From IMG/VR virus record IMGVR_UViG_3300036851_000232, positions 1-61,446 of that record: 61,446 bases of DNA; one strand, written 5' to 3'. Source of the stretch: a virus (Duplodnaviria > Caudoviricetes). The translations under genes were made by a program, and so were the position numbers. Positions 1 through 8,647 of the stretch are shown here, piece by piece. The notes under the pieces are model-generated. The model did not search any database and was not told where the DNA came from. It was given only the letters and a program-made list of their open reading frames with translations. Position 1 is the stretch's first letter. Each line of letters opens with the position of its first letter.

Positions 1-152
1 GCGGGGTCACCGACGAGGGCGGTCCTGGCTTTGCTGGAGGGGTGGGTGCGGCCGGCGGAGGGGGCGGTGATGACGTAGCCGCCTTCGCCGCGGGTTTCGA
101 TAAGGGTGTAGATCTTCTGGTCGGGGTTGGTCGCGAGTTCAGCTGTGGTGGC
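1..152. repeat. Terminal direct repeat / assembly overlap (copy 1), indicates circular or circularly permuted genome
   Basis: 1-152 matches 61295-61446 except T26 vs A61320; an ORF reads through the join. Confidence 0.95.
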
Positions 153-554
153 GGGCCGGCGGGCGAGTTTCAGGTTGCCGCGGGTGGTGCCGTTGACGCG
201 GTATAGCCAGTGCAGCCCGCCGGAGGGGGTGAGCTCGAGGTAGCCGTCGTTGAGCCGTTTCCACAGGTCGTTGAGATCGTTGTCGGTGATGGCGGCTGTG
301 AGCCGGTCGAGGAGTTCGGTGACGGCGCGGCCTTCGAGCTCGAACATTTCCAGGTTGCCGGACACTTTGCCGCAGACGAGGCCGATGCCGTCGTAGGCGC
401 CGTTGCTGGTCCAGGCGGCGATTTGGTCGCGGCGGGGCGGGGCGGTCATGTATTGCTTCCAGAACGCGGCTGGGGCCTTGCTGCCGTCTGGGCGTGCGGG
501 TACGACGCAGCAGCCGCTGTCGTGGAAGGCGAGCGCAGCGTCGTGCAGGGTCAC
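1..554 (-). CDS. Bifunctional DNA primase/polymerase-helicase, N-terminal Prim-Pol part (continues across the join into 61294..58885; about 987 aa total)
   Basis: My translation from GTG at 554: MTLHDAALAFHDSGCCVVPARPDGSKAP...GIGLVCGKVSGNLEMFELEG...TPSGGLHWLYRV...IETRGEGGYVITAPS, typical Prim-Pol motifs; 554+2410 nt = 988 codons in frame. Confidence 0.9.
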   Translation of the reverse strand, partial: MTLHDAALAFHDSGCCVVPARPDGSKAPAAFWKQYMTAPPRRDQIAAWTSNGAYDGIGLVCGKVSGNLEMFELEGRAVTELLDRLTAAITDNDLNDLWKRLNDGYLELTPSGGLHWLYRVNGTTRGNLKLARRPATTAELATNPDQKIYTLIETRGEGGYVITAPSAGRTHPSSKARTALVGDP

Positions 555-583
555 GTGGGGCCTCCGGTTCTGGGGCGAGGTGT

Positions 584-757
584 TCAGGTGTGGCTGGCGG
601 GCTCCTCGGGGTAGCGGTCGGTCTGGTGGGGCTGCTGGGGGTTCGCGGCTGCCCTGTCCTCCTGCCTGTTGTCTTGGCCCAGGTCTTTAGCCATCTTCAG
701 GAGTTCCCGGCATGCGGGGCAGCAGTGGGGGTTGAGGGGTTGCAGGTCGGGGGTCAC
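584..757 (-). CDS. Small hypothetical protein (57 aa, CxxC)
   Basis: GTG start overlaps the stop of 754..1056 (GTGA coupling); own translation. Confidence 0.45.
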   Translation of the reverse strand: MTPDLQPLNPHCCPACRELLKMAKDLGQDNRQEDRAAANPQQPHQTDRYPEEPASHT

Positions 758-1056
758 GGTTCGCCTCTCGCGATGCGGGCGCAGTCCAGCGCGGTTTCGT
801 CATAGCCGCCGCGTGAGGCGTTGTACGCGTCGATGTTCAGCGCGATGGTTTCGGCTGTTTCGCTGGCGGGTGCCCAGCCGAGGTTGCGGAGCGCGGTGAT
901 GGCGGCCTGGGCTAGCGGCATCTGCCCGCTGGTGTCGCAGACGGCTAGGTCTTCGCTCCATGTGCAGTACGGTGCACCGTCCGCGCGTTCGTTGCAGGCT
1001 GCGTCGTGGATGGCCTCCGCGATCGCTGTCGCTGCCTGGTCGTCGGGTGCATTCAC
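754..1056 (-). CDS. Hypothetical phage protein
   Basis: ORF track; translationally coupled to neighbours. Confidence 0.65.
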   Translation of the reverse strand: MNAPDDQAATAIAEAIHDAACNERADGAPYCTWSEDLAVCDTSGQMPLAQAAITALRNLGWAPASETAETIALNIDAYNASRGGYDETALDCARIARGEP

Positions 1057-1193
1057 CGCTGCCCCCCGCTGGCCCAGTATTCGAAACGGTCAGCCTTGCG
1101 ACTCAGTTCAATCATCGCGTCAAGTAGCCGGTCGTACAGGGCTTCCTCTTCCGGGTCGCCAGGCTCGGTGGCGATCTCCCACTCAATCGCCAT
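1053..1193 (-). CDS. Small acidic hypothetical protein (46 aa)
   Basis: Own translation MAIEWEIATEPGDPEEE...; GGAGGA RBS; coupled stops/starts on both sides. Confidence 0.55.
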   Translation of the reverse strand: MAIEWEIATEPGDPEEEALYDRLLDAMIELSRKADRFEYWASGGQR

Positions 1194-1336
1194 CAATCCT
1201 CCCCCCATGTGTCAGCGTCGCCGGGCTCGTAGTCGCCCTCCTGGTAGTGCGGGTCGTAGTCCTCCTGCTCGGCTCGGCGTCGGCAGTAGCTCTCCTCCTC
1301 GCACGGGTCCAGCCCGCACATGTGGCAGCGGGTCAT
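1193..1336 (-). CDS. Small Cys-rich/acidic hypothetical protein (47 aa)
   Basis: Own translation MTRCHMCGLDPCEEESYC...; TGATG coupling to next gene. Confidence 0.5.
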   Translation of the reverse strand: MTRCHMCGLDPCEEESYCRRRAEQEDYDPHYQEGDYEPGDADTWGED

Positions 1337-1361
1337 GACGCCGCTTGGTCGTCGGGCGTGT

Positions 1362-1673
1362 TCACCGCTGCCTCCGGAGCGTGCGCGGCGTGACGCGGAG
1401 CGGGCCGTCGTCGGGGCGGATGTGCCGCCAGCACACGGCCTGTTCGCGGCCGGTGTGGTCGTGTGGGAGTTCGGTGACGTAGTAGCAGACCTCGTCGGCT
1501 AGCAGCAGATGGCCGCAGCCGGTGGCCGCGCACAGGTCGTTTGCCATGGTGTCGTGGTCGTGTGTCGGGTGGCAGCAGTTCGTGTCGCGGATGAGGCAGT
1601 CCCAGGGGATCGTTTGCGCCCACGGGTCCATGAGCGCGTAGGTCTTGGTGTGGGTCACTCGCGGCCAGGTCAT
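1362..1673 (-). CDS. Hypothetical Cys/His-rich protein
   Basis: Start MTWPRV at 1673 coupled to upstream stop; GAGGAG RBS. Confidence 0.6.
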   Translation of the reverse strand: MTWPRVTHTKTYALMDPWAQTIPWDCLIRDTNCCHPTHDHDTMANDLCAATGCGHLLLADEVCYYVTELPHDHTGREQAVCWRHIRPDDGPLRVTPRTLRRQR

Positions 1674-1966
1674 TACCGGTTCTCCTCGTCGTGTCCGCCA
1701 GCGGTGGGTTCGGCGGGGGCGGGTGCTGCTACCAGTGGAGCCGCAACGACCATTTCCCCGTCCTCGCCCCATTCCCAGCACCCGTGGCACACGAGTTGAC
1801 CGTCGATGTCCTGCCAGTCATACCGCTCCAAGAAGGGCCAGCCCGTCATGTAGTCGCGGGCGTCTTCCTCGCTATCGAAGTGCGGCCGGTAGCCGTCGCC
1901 GTCTTCTAGGCGCTCCCCGCAGCGGTCGCACTCCACGACGTAGCACTCGATCTTGACGAGCTTCAC
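1673..1966 (-). CDS. Hypothetical zinc-ribbon protein (CDRC...CHGC)
   Basis: GTG at 1966 after GAGGAG; two CxxC pairs. Confidence 0.7.
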   Translation of the reverse strand: MKLVKIECYVVECDRCGERLEDGDGYRPHFDSEEDARDYMTGWPFLERYDWQDIDGQLVCHGCWEWGEDGEMVVAAPLVAAPAPAEPTAGGHDEENR

Positions 1967-2169
1967 GCCCGCTCCTCTCCGTCTGTGCCTGCCGTGGCGT
2001 CGGCCGCCGCTGCGGCTGGATTGCCGTGGAGCACGTATCCCATGATTCGGTGCTGGTGGCAGCGGAAATGCCATGTGTCGTCAAGCGAACGCCAGGCCGT
2101 CAGGGCGCTCGTGCCGCACCAGCAGCGGGGGTCGAGCCCGTCGACGCGCAGCATTTGTGTGCCGCTCAC
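1963..2169 (-). CDS. Hypothetical protein
   Basis: ORF track; coupled overlaps. Confidence 0.6.
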   Translation of the reverse strand: MSGTQMLRVDGLDPRCWCGTSALTAWRSLDDTWHFRCHQHRIMGYVLHGNPAAAAADATAGTDGEERA

Positions 2170-2684
2170 GCCCGCTCTCCTGTCTCGTCTGTGTCCTGGT
2201 CCCGCTCGCCTGGGTTGAGATCTCCCAGCGATCTCCCAGCCGCGCTTGGACTTGGCGCTGCGGCCTCGTGCGCGGTGCCGGCGGGCCAGTAGCGGTCACG
2301 CCCCGACAGATGCCTCCGCGCGAGTGCGCGGTAGCGGTGCGCGACGATGCCGCAGTCAGCCATTGGTACGTCGAGGCAGGAGCAGAAGCCGTCAGCGGTC
2401 TCGTGCGCGGGGTCGGCGGATGCGGCGTCGATTGAGCGCACCAGCCTCATGAGGACGGCTGCCGCCTGCAACGCCTCGGCACGGGTCTCCGACCATGTCG
2501 CGTGCCCGCACAGAGGGGTGGGGCATTTGCATCGGTCAGCACGCCACGCGTCGATCGCCTCGCGCTCTAACTCGTGGATCGCGGTGGTGACGCCGAGGAA
2601 CACGCCGTCTCGTGTGGCCGGGTAGCCAGCCGGGTGGACCTGGTCCTGACGGGCGATCTCGGTCGCCAGATCAGTGAGAGCCAT
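2166..2684 (-). CDS. Hypothetical protein, N-terminal half weakly MazG/NTP-PPase-like
   Basis: E-rich helices (ELEREAIDAW...RAEALQAAAVL) resemble MazG-like phage proteins; weak. Confidence 0.55.
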   Translation of the reverse strand: MALTDLATEIARQDQVHPAGYPATRDGVFLGVTTAIHELEREAIDAWRADRCKCPTPLCGHATWSETRAEALQAAAVLMRLVRSIDAASADPAHETADGFCSCLDVPMADCGIVAHRYRALARRHLSGRDRYWPAGTAHEAAAPSPSAAGRSLGDLNPGERDQDTDETGERA

Positions 2685-3246
2685 CGCTTCCCTCCTGCTG
2701 CTGGTGCGCGGGGTCGGCGGCCTGCCGTCTGAGTGAGCCGCAGTCGCAGCGATGGCGTCCGGGGTGCCCCTCGGCGCGGTTGCAGGTGTGCCCGCCCGTG
2801 TAGTTGTCGCAGCCTTCCCAGCCGAATCGGCAGTGCGGGCCGGGGTCTTCCACGATGAGGGTCCTGGCGGCCCGGACGACCTCGGCTAGCGCGGCCTGGT
2901 CCTTCTCGTCCATGGGCTCGGCACCGTGGACGCGCACCGGTTCTCCATCGACGTCATATACACGGCAGGTGTCCTCAGCGGTCTCGTGCGCGGGGTCGGC
3001 GGACGCGGGAATGTACGTGGCGCGCTCGACCACGCGCACCGAACCCGGTCGGGCGGCCCACAGCTCCGCGTACGCCTTCCCGAGTTCCACCACGTGAACG
3101 AAATCGTCCGTCGCAGTGGGCTCGTCGCGTCGCCGTTCGGCCACGAGCCCGACGACGATGCCGGGCTCCGTCTTGCGGCGCTGCCACGCACTGTGGGTGG
3201 CAGCGCCGCAGTAGACGACCTTGTCTCCGATGTTGATCTCACTCAT
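2671..3246 (-). CDS. Hypothetical modular protein
   Basis: ORF track; AAGGAG RBS; two ADPAH motifs. Confidence 0.65.
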   Translation of the reverse strand: MSEINIGDKVVYCGAATHSAWQRRKTEPGIVVGLVAERRRDEPTATDDFVHVVELGKAYAELWAARPGSVRVVERATYIPASADPAHETAEDTCRVYDVDGEPVRVHGAEPMDEKDQAALAEVVRAARTLIVEDPGPHCRFGWEGCDNYTGGHTCNRAEGHPGRHRCDCGSLRRQAADPAHQQQEGSDGSH

Positions 3247-3448
3247 CAGCGGGCTCCTTGTCGTGCGTGGGGTCGGGCTCCGGTGGGTTCAGACCTGCTA
3301 GTGATCTCCCAGCCGCGCTTGGACTTGGTGCTGCGGGCTCGGGCGCGGGGTCGGCGGACGCGGCGGTGAAGAACGCGGGAGGCTGCATGTCAGCCGCAGC
3401 CTCCTCGACGAAGTTGTGGCTGAACAGAAGCGCCTGCCACTCATTCAT
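3239..3448 (-). CDS. Hypothetical protein sharing C-terminal peptide with 2166..2684
   Basis: AAGGAGG RBS; AAPSPSAAGRSL motif. Confidence 0.55.
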   Translation of the reverse strand: MNEWQALLFSHNFVEEAAADMQPPAFFTAASADPAPEPAAPSPSAAGRSLAGLNPPEPDPTHDKEPADE

Positions 3449-3450
3449 CG

Positions 3451-3822
3451 CTATCCCTCCTTGCCGATCTCGTCCGCGCGCTCGGCCAGCCAGTCGGCGT
3501 TATTGAGCAGAGACGATCCGTATGGTTCTTCTCGGACTTCACCCGCTGCTCGCATATCTCTGGCTGCGTCCCGAAGCGCCCCCGCTGCGGACGGGCGAGC
3601 GGGGTCGGCGGCGGTGCCGGGGACGGCGGAGAGGGCGCGGCGGATGTCCGACTCCGAGAACCACCGCTCGCCCCACATGCCCGCGCCCATCTCGTTGGCG
3701 GGGTCGATCAGCTCCCGCACGGCCTGTACTGCGGCGCGCAGGCTTGCGTTCTCGTCTGTCAGTCGCGCCAACTCCCGATGCTCAGAGCCGCATGGGTCAG
3801 GGTCCACGTGAAGCAGGTTCAT
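3451..3822 (-). CDS. Hypothetical protein
   Basis: Start MNLLHV at 3822 coupled to upstream stop; GAGGAG RBS. Confidence 0.6.
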   Translation of the reverse strand: MNLLHVDPDPCGSEHRELARLTDENASLRAAVQAVRELIDPANEMGAGMWGERWFSESDIRRALSAVPGTAADPARPSAAGALRDAARDMRAAGEVREEPYGSSLLNNADWLAERADEIGKEG

Positions 3823-4412
3823 AGCGTCTCCTCGGTGGGGTCGGCAGAGAGGGCGCGGCGGAGCGCGGCGATGTCCGCTGCGGGGATGAAGCCGTACGCC
3901 TCCCACTGGTCGGCCAGTTCCAGCACGGCCTGTTCGCGGGCGCTGCAGATGTCTTCGTGGTACTGGAATCGCCGGACGTACTGCTCGTTGAGTGAGCGCT
4001 GCGCCGTTATCTGCTCGCGCAGCCGCTCGTTCTCGGCGCTCGCTTCGTTGAATGCACGCACCGCTCCGTGGACCGGGCAGTCCGGCTCGGGGCCTTCGTA
4101 CGTCGCGTATGTCTTCCCGCACGAGCACTCAGTGGTGAGTTGCACACGGAGCCGCTCGTTCTCGGCGTTGGCCGCTGCCAGGGCGGCCTCGGCTTGGCGT
4201 GCCTGCTCCTGCCAGTGACTCGCTGCTGCCTCGTGGTCGCATTCGAGGGCTCCGGGCCGGCCGCAGCTGTGAATCGGCTTGGGGGTAGTAGTCCAGACGA
4301 AACCCCCATTCCCATGCTCGCGTTCGTGGCCGGCAGGAAGTTCACAGCGTTGGCTTGGGGCAGCTGTCCAGTGGTACTCGGCGCTGCAGCGCTCGGGGCT
4401 GCTCATGGTCAT
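3819..4412 (-). CDS. Hypothetical coiled-coil/Cys-rich protein with internal repeat (AENERLR x2)
   Basis: Start MTMSSPE at 4412 coupled to 4409..4672. Confidence 0.6.
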   Translation of the reverse strand: MTMSSPERCSAEYHWTAAPSQRCELPAGHEREHGNGGFVWTTTPKPIHSCGRPGALECDHEAAASHWQEQARQAEAALAAANAENERLRVQLTTECSCGKTYATYEGPEPDCPVHGAVRAFNEASAENERLREQITAQRSLNEQYVRRFQYHEDICSAREQAVLELADQWEAYGFIPAADIAALRRALSADPTEETL

Positions 4413-4672
4413 CCTGCTCCTGGTCGTGGCAGGTCGTCGTCGGTGGCCACGTCTGTCAGCCACTCGCCGGGGGGGCTGGGTCCGTACACAAGGTCGAGGG
4501 CGACGTGGGAGACGACGCGGAGCAGGTCGAGGGCATCGAGGAACATCGGGTCGGAATGGCCGATGGTGACGGCGACCTCGTGGTTGGTGGAGGCTTCGAT
4601 GGTGAGTGCGCGCGCGTCGTCGTAGCGGCCGGTCAGCCCAGCGCCGGTCGCGGGGCCGTCGTGGGTGGTCAT
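4409..4672 (-). CDS. Hypothetical protein
   Basis: ORF track; GGAGG RBS; ATGA coupling. Confidence 0.6.
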   Translation of the reverse strand: MTTHDGPATGAGLTGRYDDARALTIEASTNHEVAVTIGHSDPMFLDALDLLRVVSHVALDLVYGPSPPGEWLTDVATDDDLPRPGAG

Positions 4673-5919
4673 GCGGTTGCCTCCCCGAACAGGTCCATCT
4701 GGTTGTCGGGTACGGGTGGCGGCTTGGGAACCTCAAGTGCCCGCGCCCGCTCGCCGGGGTCTGTGGTCCGCCACGCCGCGAGTCGGCAATAGTCCGCGGA
4801 TAGATCAATGCTGACGCCGATGCGGCCGAGGATGGAGGCGACGAGTGCGACGGTGCCGGTGCCGCCGAAGGGGTCGAGGACAGCGGCGGGGCGGGTGGGC
4901 GCGGTGGGTTCGGGGCAGGCGCAGGCGTAGCCGGTGATGCTCACGAGCGCATCCATCGCAGGCTTGCCAGCCATGCCGGTCCCGTTCTGCCTGCCGAACG
5001 GCTCGCGTCTATCCTTGGCGAATCCAGACGTTCCGCTCTGCCCCTTCACGTACCGCTTGTCTGCCACCGGCCGCCGCCCGTCGCCGCATTCCACGCAGAT
5101 GCCGGGCGGGGACCAGCCACGGATGATCCGCCGCGGCCACTCCATCGGGAACGCCGCGAAGTGGTCGACGCCGAGGTGCGCGGGCACGGTGAGCGGCTGC
5201 GTGGGGATCTCCCACACGGAGCCGGGGAGCTTGCCCAGCGGGTTCGCAGCGCGTGTCAGCCCAGTCCCTGTCCCGTGCCTATTTCCCGACCCTTCCGCCA
5301 ATTCTGCTCGGACTTGTCGCCATGCCGGATTGACCTCACGTCCCCATACGGGCGTCTCCCGGATTTCGTCGACCGCCGAGTAGTAGCGCGGCTGCTTCAC
5401 CAGGTGGAACCAGGTCTCGTGGCTGCGCCGCACCCGGTCGGTGACTGATTCGGGCAGACCGTTCGGCTTCTGCCAGATGACCTCGGCGCGGAGGATGAGC
5501 CCGAGGTCGTCGATGCAGCGGAGGGCGTACCGCCACGGGATGCCGATGAGGGACTTCTCGCGGATGCCAACGTCTCGCCGCGCTGGCCGGGAACCCCGAC
5601 CTATCACACCATCGGAGGACCCGACGCCACCGCCACCGATGCCCGCGTACTTGTCCCCGAGGTTGACCCAGATGCTGCCGCTCGGCTTCAAAACGCGCAT
5701 CATTTCGCGAGTGGCATCGATGAGTTCGTCTAGAAATTCCGTGGGGGATGGCTCGCTTCCCAGTTGTCCGTCGTAGTGCTGACCGCCGTCTTGGTAACTG
5801 CGAAGCGACCAGAACGGCGGCGACGTCACAATGAGATCCACTGATTCGTCCGCGAGCGGTAGCTGCCGTGCATCTGCCCGGAGCACAACGGCCATGTTTG
5901 AGGAAACGGAACGGTTCAT
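4669..5919 (-). CDS. DNA methyltransferase (N4-C/N6-A, beta-class)
   Basis: DLIVTSPPF catalytic motif near N-terminus, VLKPSGSIWVNLGD, IWQKPN, HFAAFP, VLDPFGGTGT SAM-binding motif near C-terminus. Confidence 0.92.
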   Translation of the reverse strand: MNRSVSSNMAVVLRADARQLPLADESVDLIVTSPPFWSLRSYQDGGQHYDGQLGSEPSPTEFLDELIDATREMMRVLKPSGSIWVNLGDKYAGIGGGGVGSSDGVIGRGSRPARRDVGIREKSLIGIPWRYALRCIDDLGLILRAEVIWQKPNGLPESVTDRVRRSHETWFHLVKQPRYYSAVDEIRETPVWGREVNPAWRQVRAELAEGSGNRHGTGTGLTRAANPLGKLPGSVWEIPTQPLTVPAHLGVDHFAAFPMEWPRRIIRGWSPPGICVECGDGRRPVADKRYVKGQSGTSGFAKDRREPFGRQNGTGMAGKPAMDALVSITGYACACPEPTAPTRPAAVLDPFGGTGTVALVASILGRIGVSIDLSADYCRLAAWRTTDPGERARALEVPKPPPVPDNQMDLFGEATA

Positions 5920-6149
5920 GTAGTGACGTCTTTCCGCCACTGCTGTTGCACGTCGGCGGGTAGTAGCGCGAACGCCTTGCAGCCATAGCAGTCTGTTTGG
6001 TGCGGCTGGTCATGTTTGATGGCGTGGGCGAGGACTAGAAGGGTGCTGCGGGGAAGGCTGACACCAGATGAAGCTGGCGGGGCCATTGTTGGTGGCTGCG
6101 GACTGTCTTTGTGTTTGCGACGTAATAGGTTCATCCGTTGTCCCTTCAT
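5916..6149 (-). CDS. Hypothetical protein (lower GC)
   Basis: ORF track; stop overlaps methylase start. Confidence 0.5.
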   Translation of the reverse strand: MKGQRMNLLRRKHKDSPQPPTMAPPASSGVSLPRSTLLVLAHAIKHDQPHQTDCYGCKAFALLPADVQQQWRKDVTT

Positions 6150-6192
6150 GGCATGGCTTATGCTGCTGCGTCGGCTCGGATGACGTGGGCGG

Positions 6193-6606
6193 TCATGCGG
6201 CTGCTCCTGTGTCGTTGCGTCGTTGTCGCGTGTCGCGGACGTTTTTGGCGCGGTTGGTGGCGTCTCGGCAGGCGGGGCAGGGTTTCTCGCCGCGTCTGCG
6301 GTGCTGTTGGTGTCCGGCTTCGGTGCCGTGTTCGCGGTGCCGGTAGCCGGTGGGCTGGGGTGCGGTGCCGGCGGCGACGCGGGTCTGCCATTCGGCTGTG
6401 CGTTCGGCGGGTGTGAGGCCGCCGGCGATGCCGTCCCGCGCCGATGTGCCGACGCCGCCTTCCCAGGCGAGAACGTCCTCTAGGCAAAATGCTTTGACGG
6501 GGCAGGCGTGGCAGATTCGTTTGCCGGGTTCGACGGATTCGCCGGGAGCGGTGAACCACAGGCGCAGGGGCAGGCCGCGGCAGGCGGCTTCGTGGTACCA
6601 GCTCAT
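6193..6606 (-). CDS. whiB: WhiB-family transcription factor with extra C-terminal HG..C..C zinc-binding motif
   Basis: MSWYHEAAC...WF...ICHACPVKAFCL...GIAGGLTPAER: four Cys plus a GxWGG-like turn. Confidence 0.88.
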   Translation of the reverse strand: MSWYHEAACRGLPLRLWFTAPGESVEPGKRICHACPVKAFCLEDVLAWEGGVGTSARDGIAGGLTPAERTAEWQTRVAAGTAPQPTGYRHREHGTEAGHQQHRRRGEKPCPACRDATNRAKNVRDTRQRRNDTGAAA

Positions 6607-6830
6607 GCCGCGCCGCCTCTCCGCCGCTGCTGGGGTCGCCGGTAGGTGGCCCGGCGGCGGGCGATGCGGCACGGGCCGCAGTACAGGGCGGAGCCGTGGA
6701 CCGGTTCGCCGCAGGCGTTGCACGGGCCGCTGAACCGGATGGTGGCCCGGTCGTAGTCGCGGCGGGCGGCCTCGTTGGCGCGCGCGTACGCGTTCCACGC
6801 GGCCTGGGTGGCCGGGTCGAGGCGGGTCAC
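6603..6830 (-). CDS. Hypothetical zinc-finger protein (CNACG...YCGPCR)
   Basis: GTG at 6830 coupled to RuvC stop. Confidence 0.6.
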   Translation of the reverse strand: MTRLDPATQAAWNAYARANEAARRDYDRATIRFSGPCNACGEPVHGSALYCGPCRIARRRATYRRPQQRRRGGAA

Positions 6831-7513
6831 GTCGTCACTCCCTCCGGCCAGTCGACGGCGTTGAGTGCCTTGCGGTGCTCGGCGGGCATCGGCGCGATCG
6901 GCATCCCGAGCCGGTCGCAGCCCATGGCGCACAGGATCAGCGCGTCGGCCTCGTCGTTGCTGACCACCATGAACGCGGTGAAGCGACGCACCGCGGCGGC
7001 GAGCACCTCATCTTTCCCGGCGTTCCCCCGCCCGGTCGCGTACTTGGCGCGGGTCTGCGGTGATGCGACGGCCAGCAGGCAGCCGCGCCGGTCCAACGCT
7101 TCCGTGATGAGCCACCACAGCCCGCCGAGCTGATGTACGGCGTTGCCGCGGCTGCCGAACGACGGCCCTTCGACAACGACCAGCGCGTCAAGGTCGGTGA
7201 AGTCGAGGACGCTGTCGCGGATCCAGCGGAGCCGCTCGTAGCCGACCATGCGGCCGGGTGGCCGGAGGCGGTCGACCCAACCGGTGGAGCAGGCGATCCC
7301 GGTACTGGTGAGACTGAGGTCGAGGCCATACACGCGGGTGGGGGCCCCGCCCCCGGAGTTGCCGCGTCCCCGGGGGGGTGGGTCCGCGGTTGTGCTCGAC
7401 GGGGGCGGGGCTGTCCCGGCCAAGCCCTTAACCGGGACGTGGTGGGCCCGACCGGCGTCAGGGGCGTCACTGGCGGGTAGGGCCGTTTCGGGGAGGGGCA
7501 GCGGGCCGGTCAC
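6827..7513 (-). CDS. RuvC-like Holliday junction resolvase
   Basis: GLDLSLTSTG, VVVEG, KYATGRGNAGKDEV, NDEADAL motifs; low-complexity N-terminal extension, start uncertain. Confidence 0.88.
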   Translation of the reverse strand: MTGPLPLPETALPASDAPDAGRAHHVPVKGLAGTAPPPSSTTADPPPRGRGNSGGGAPTRVYGLDLSLTSTGIACSTGWVDRLRPPGRMVGYERLRWIRDSVLDFTDLDALVVVEGPSFGSRGNAVHQLGGLWWLITEALDRRGCLLAVASPQTRAKYATGRGNAGKDEVLAAAVRRFTAFMVVSNDEADALILCAMGCDRLGMPIAPMPAEHRKALNAVDWPEGVTT

Positions 7514-7884
7514 GATGCCACTCCCGGCTCGGTCGGGGCGGGAAGGACGGGTCGCCACAGGTAGCATTCATCGCCATTGGCCCACCGGTATTCGATGCGG
7601 AACGTGCCTGAGGGGGGCCGGTACGGCACGTCGAAGCCGGTGCATTCCATGGGGTAGATATCGGCGGTAATGAATGCCCCGACGTTGCAGAACGTCAGCG
7701 GAGGGCTGTCGTGCTGCGGTTGGCCGTCCTCGTCGTAGTCCTGGCGGCAGTGCGGCCGGTCGTCGTACGACACCGTGGACATGTCGGTGTTGCGGAACGG
7801 GCAGCACCATTCGAGGTGCATGCTGTCCTGTTCGAGGACGAGGGTCATGGTGTGGCCGTCGTCGTGCCACGTCGGTTCGCTCAT
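7510..7884 (-). CDS. Hypothetical protein
   Basis: ORF track; coupled overlaps. Confidence 0.6.
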   Translation of the reverse strand: MSEPTWHDDGHTMTLVLEQDSMHLEWCCPFRNTDMSTVSYDDRPHCRQDYDEDGQPQHDSPPLTFCNVGAFITADIYPMECTGFDVPYRPPSGTFRIEYRWANGDECYLWRPVLPAPTEPGVAS

Positions 7885-8051
7885 GTCGTTGCCTCGCTGA
7901 CTGGTAGTACTCGTCCGACGCGGGCGCGGGCATCCTGGTCGTACTGCCGCACCGCGAGCCGCTCAGCTTGGAGTTCCCGGTTGAGGGCGCGGACGCCGAG
8001 CGCCCAGGTGAGGGCGGCGCCAGCGGTGAACGCGACCACGAGGCGGGTCAT
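7881..8051 (-). CDS. Small membrane-anchored protein
   Basis: MTRLVVAFTAGAALTWALG hydrophobic N-terminus; GGGAGG RBS. Confidence 0.55.
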   Translation of the reverse strand: MTRLVVAFTAGAALTWALGVRALNRELQAERLAVRQYDQDARARVGRVLPVSEATT

Positions 8052-8299
8052 CGCAGCCTCCCGGCGGGGCATTGAGTGTCCAATTCGGGGACCCGCAGGA
8101 CAGGGGCGTAGTCGCGGGTGGTGGTGATGAACGCGACGCCGTGGACGCAGATGAGGGAGAGGTTGGGGAACCGGTTGATGTGCTGGTACACCTCGACCTT
8201 GTCCGGTTTCTGCGCGTGGACGCCTTCGATGTCTTGCAGGGTGGACGTGCAGCCGGTGAGCGCCAGCGCAGTCAGCGCAACGAGGATGAGGCGGGTCAC
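8048..8299 (-). CDS. Small lipoprotein
   Basis: MTRLILVALTALALTGC lipobox; AGGAGGA RBS. Confidence 0.7.
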   Translation of the reverse strand: MTRLILVALTALALTGCTSTLQDIEGVHAQKPDKVEVYQHINRFPNLSLICVHGVAFITTTRDYAPVLRVPELDTQCPAGRLR

Positions 8300-8538
8300 G
8301 TCGTCCTCCTGAGCACCCGCGTGGCCGTCTGGTGGTTGGGGGCGTTCTCGGTAGCGCCGCAGCGGAGGCAGCACAGGCGGTGTTCGGGGTCGCGCCGGAA
8401 CTCGTGGGTGAGCGGCTCCAACGCGGCTGCGAGACGCCCGTTGGTGGCCCGTTCGCGGTGCAGCAGCTCGCGGAGGTATTCGGCTTCGCGGAGCGCCCGG
8501 TCGACGTCGCTGAGGCTGACGTGGTCGACGAGGCTCAT
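8296..8538 (-). CDS. Hypothetical protein
   Basis: Start MSLVDH at 8538; coiled coil plus CxxC. Confidence 0.5.
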   Translation of the reverse strand: MSLVDHVSLSDVDRALREAEYLRELLHRERATNGRLAAALEPLTHEFRRDPEHRLCCLRCGATENAPNHQTATRVLRRTT

Positions 8539-8647
8539 GCTGGCCACCGTCTCGTCATGGCGCAGCCGGGTCTGCGGCTGGCAAACCAGATGGCGGGCCA
8601 CACCACCGCGCGGAACACGCGGCGGCACAGCTCCACGATTCGGCTGG

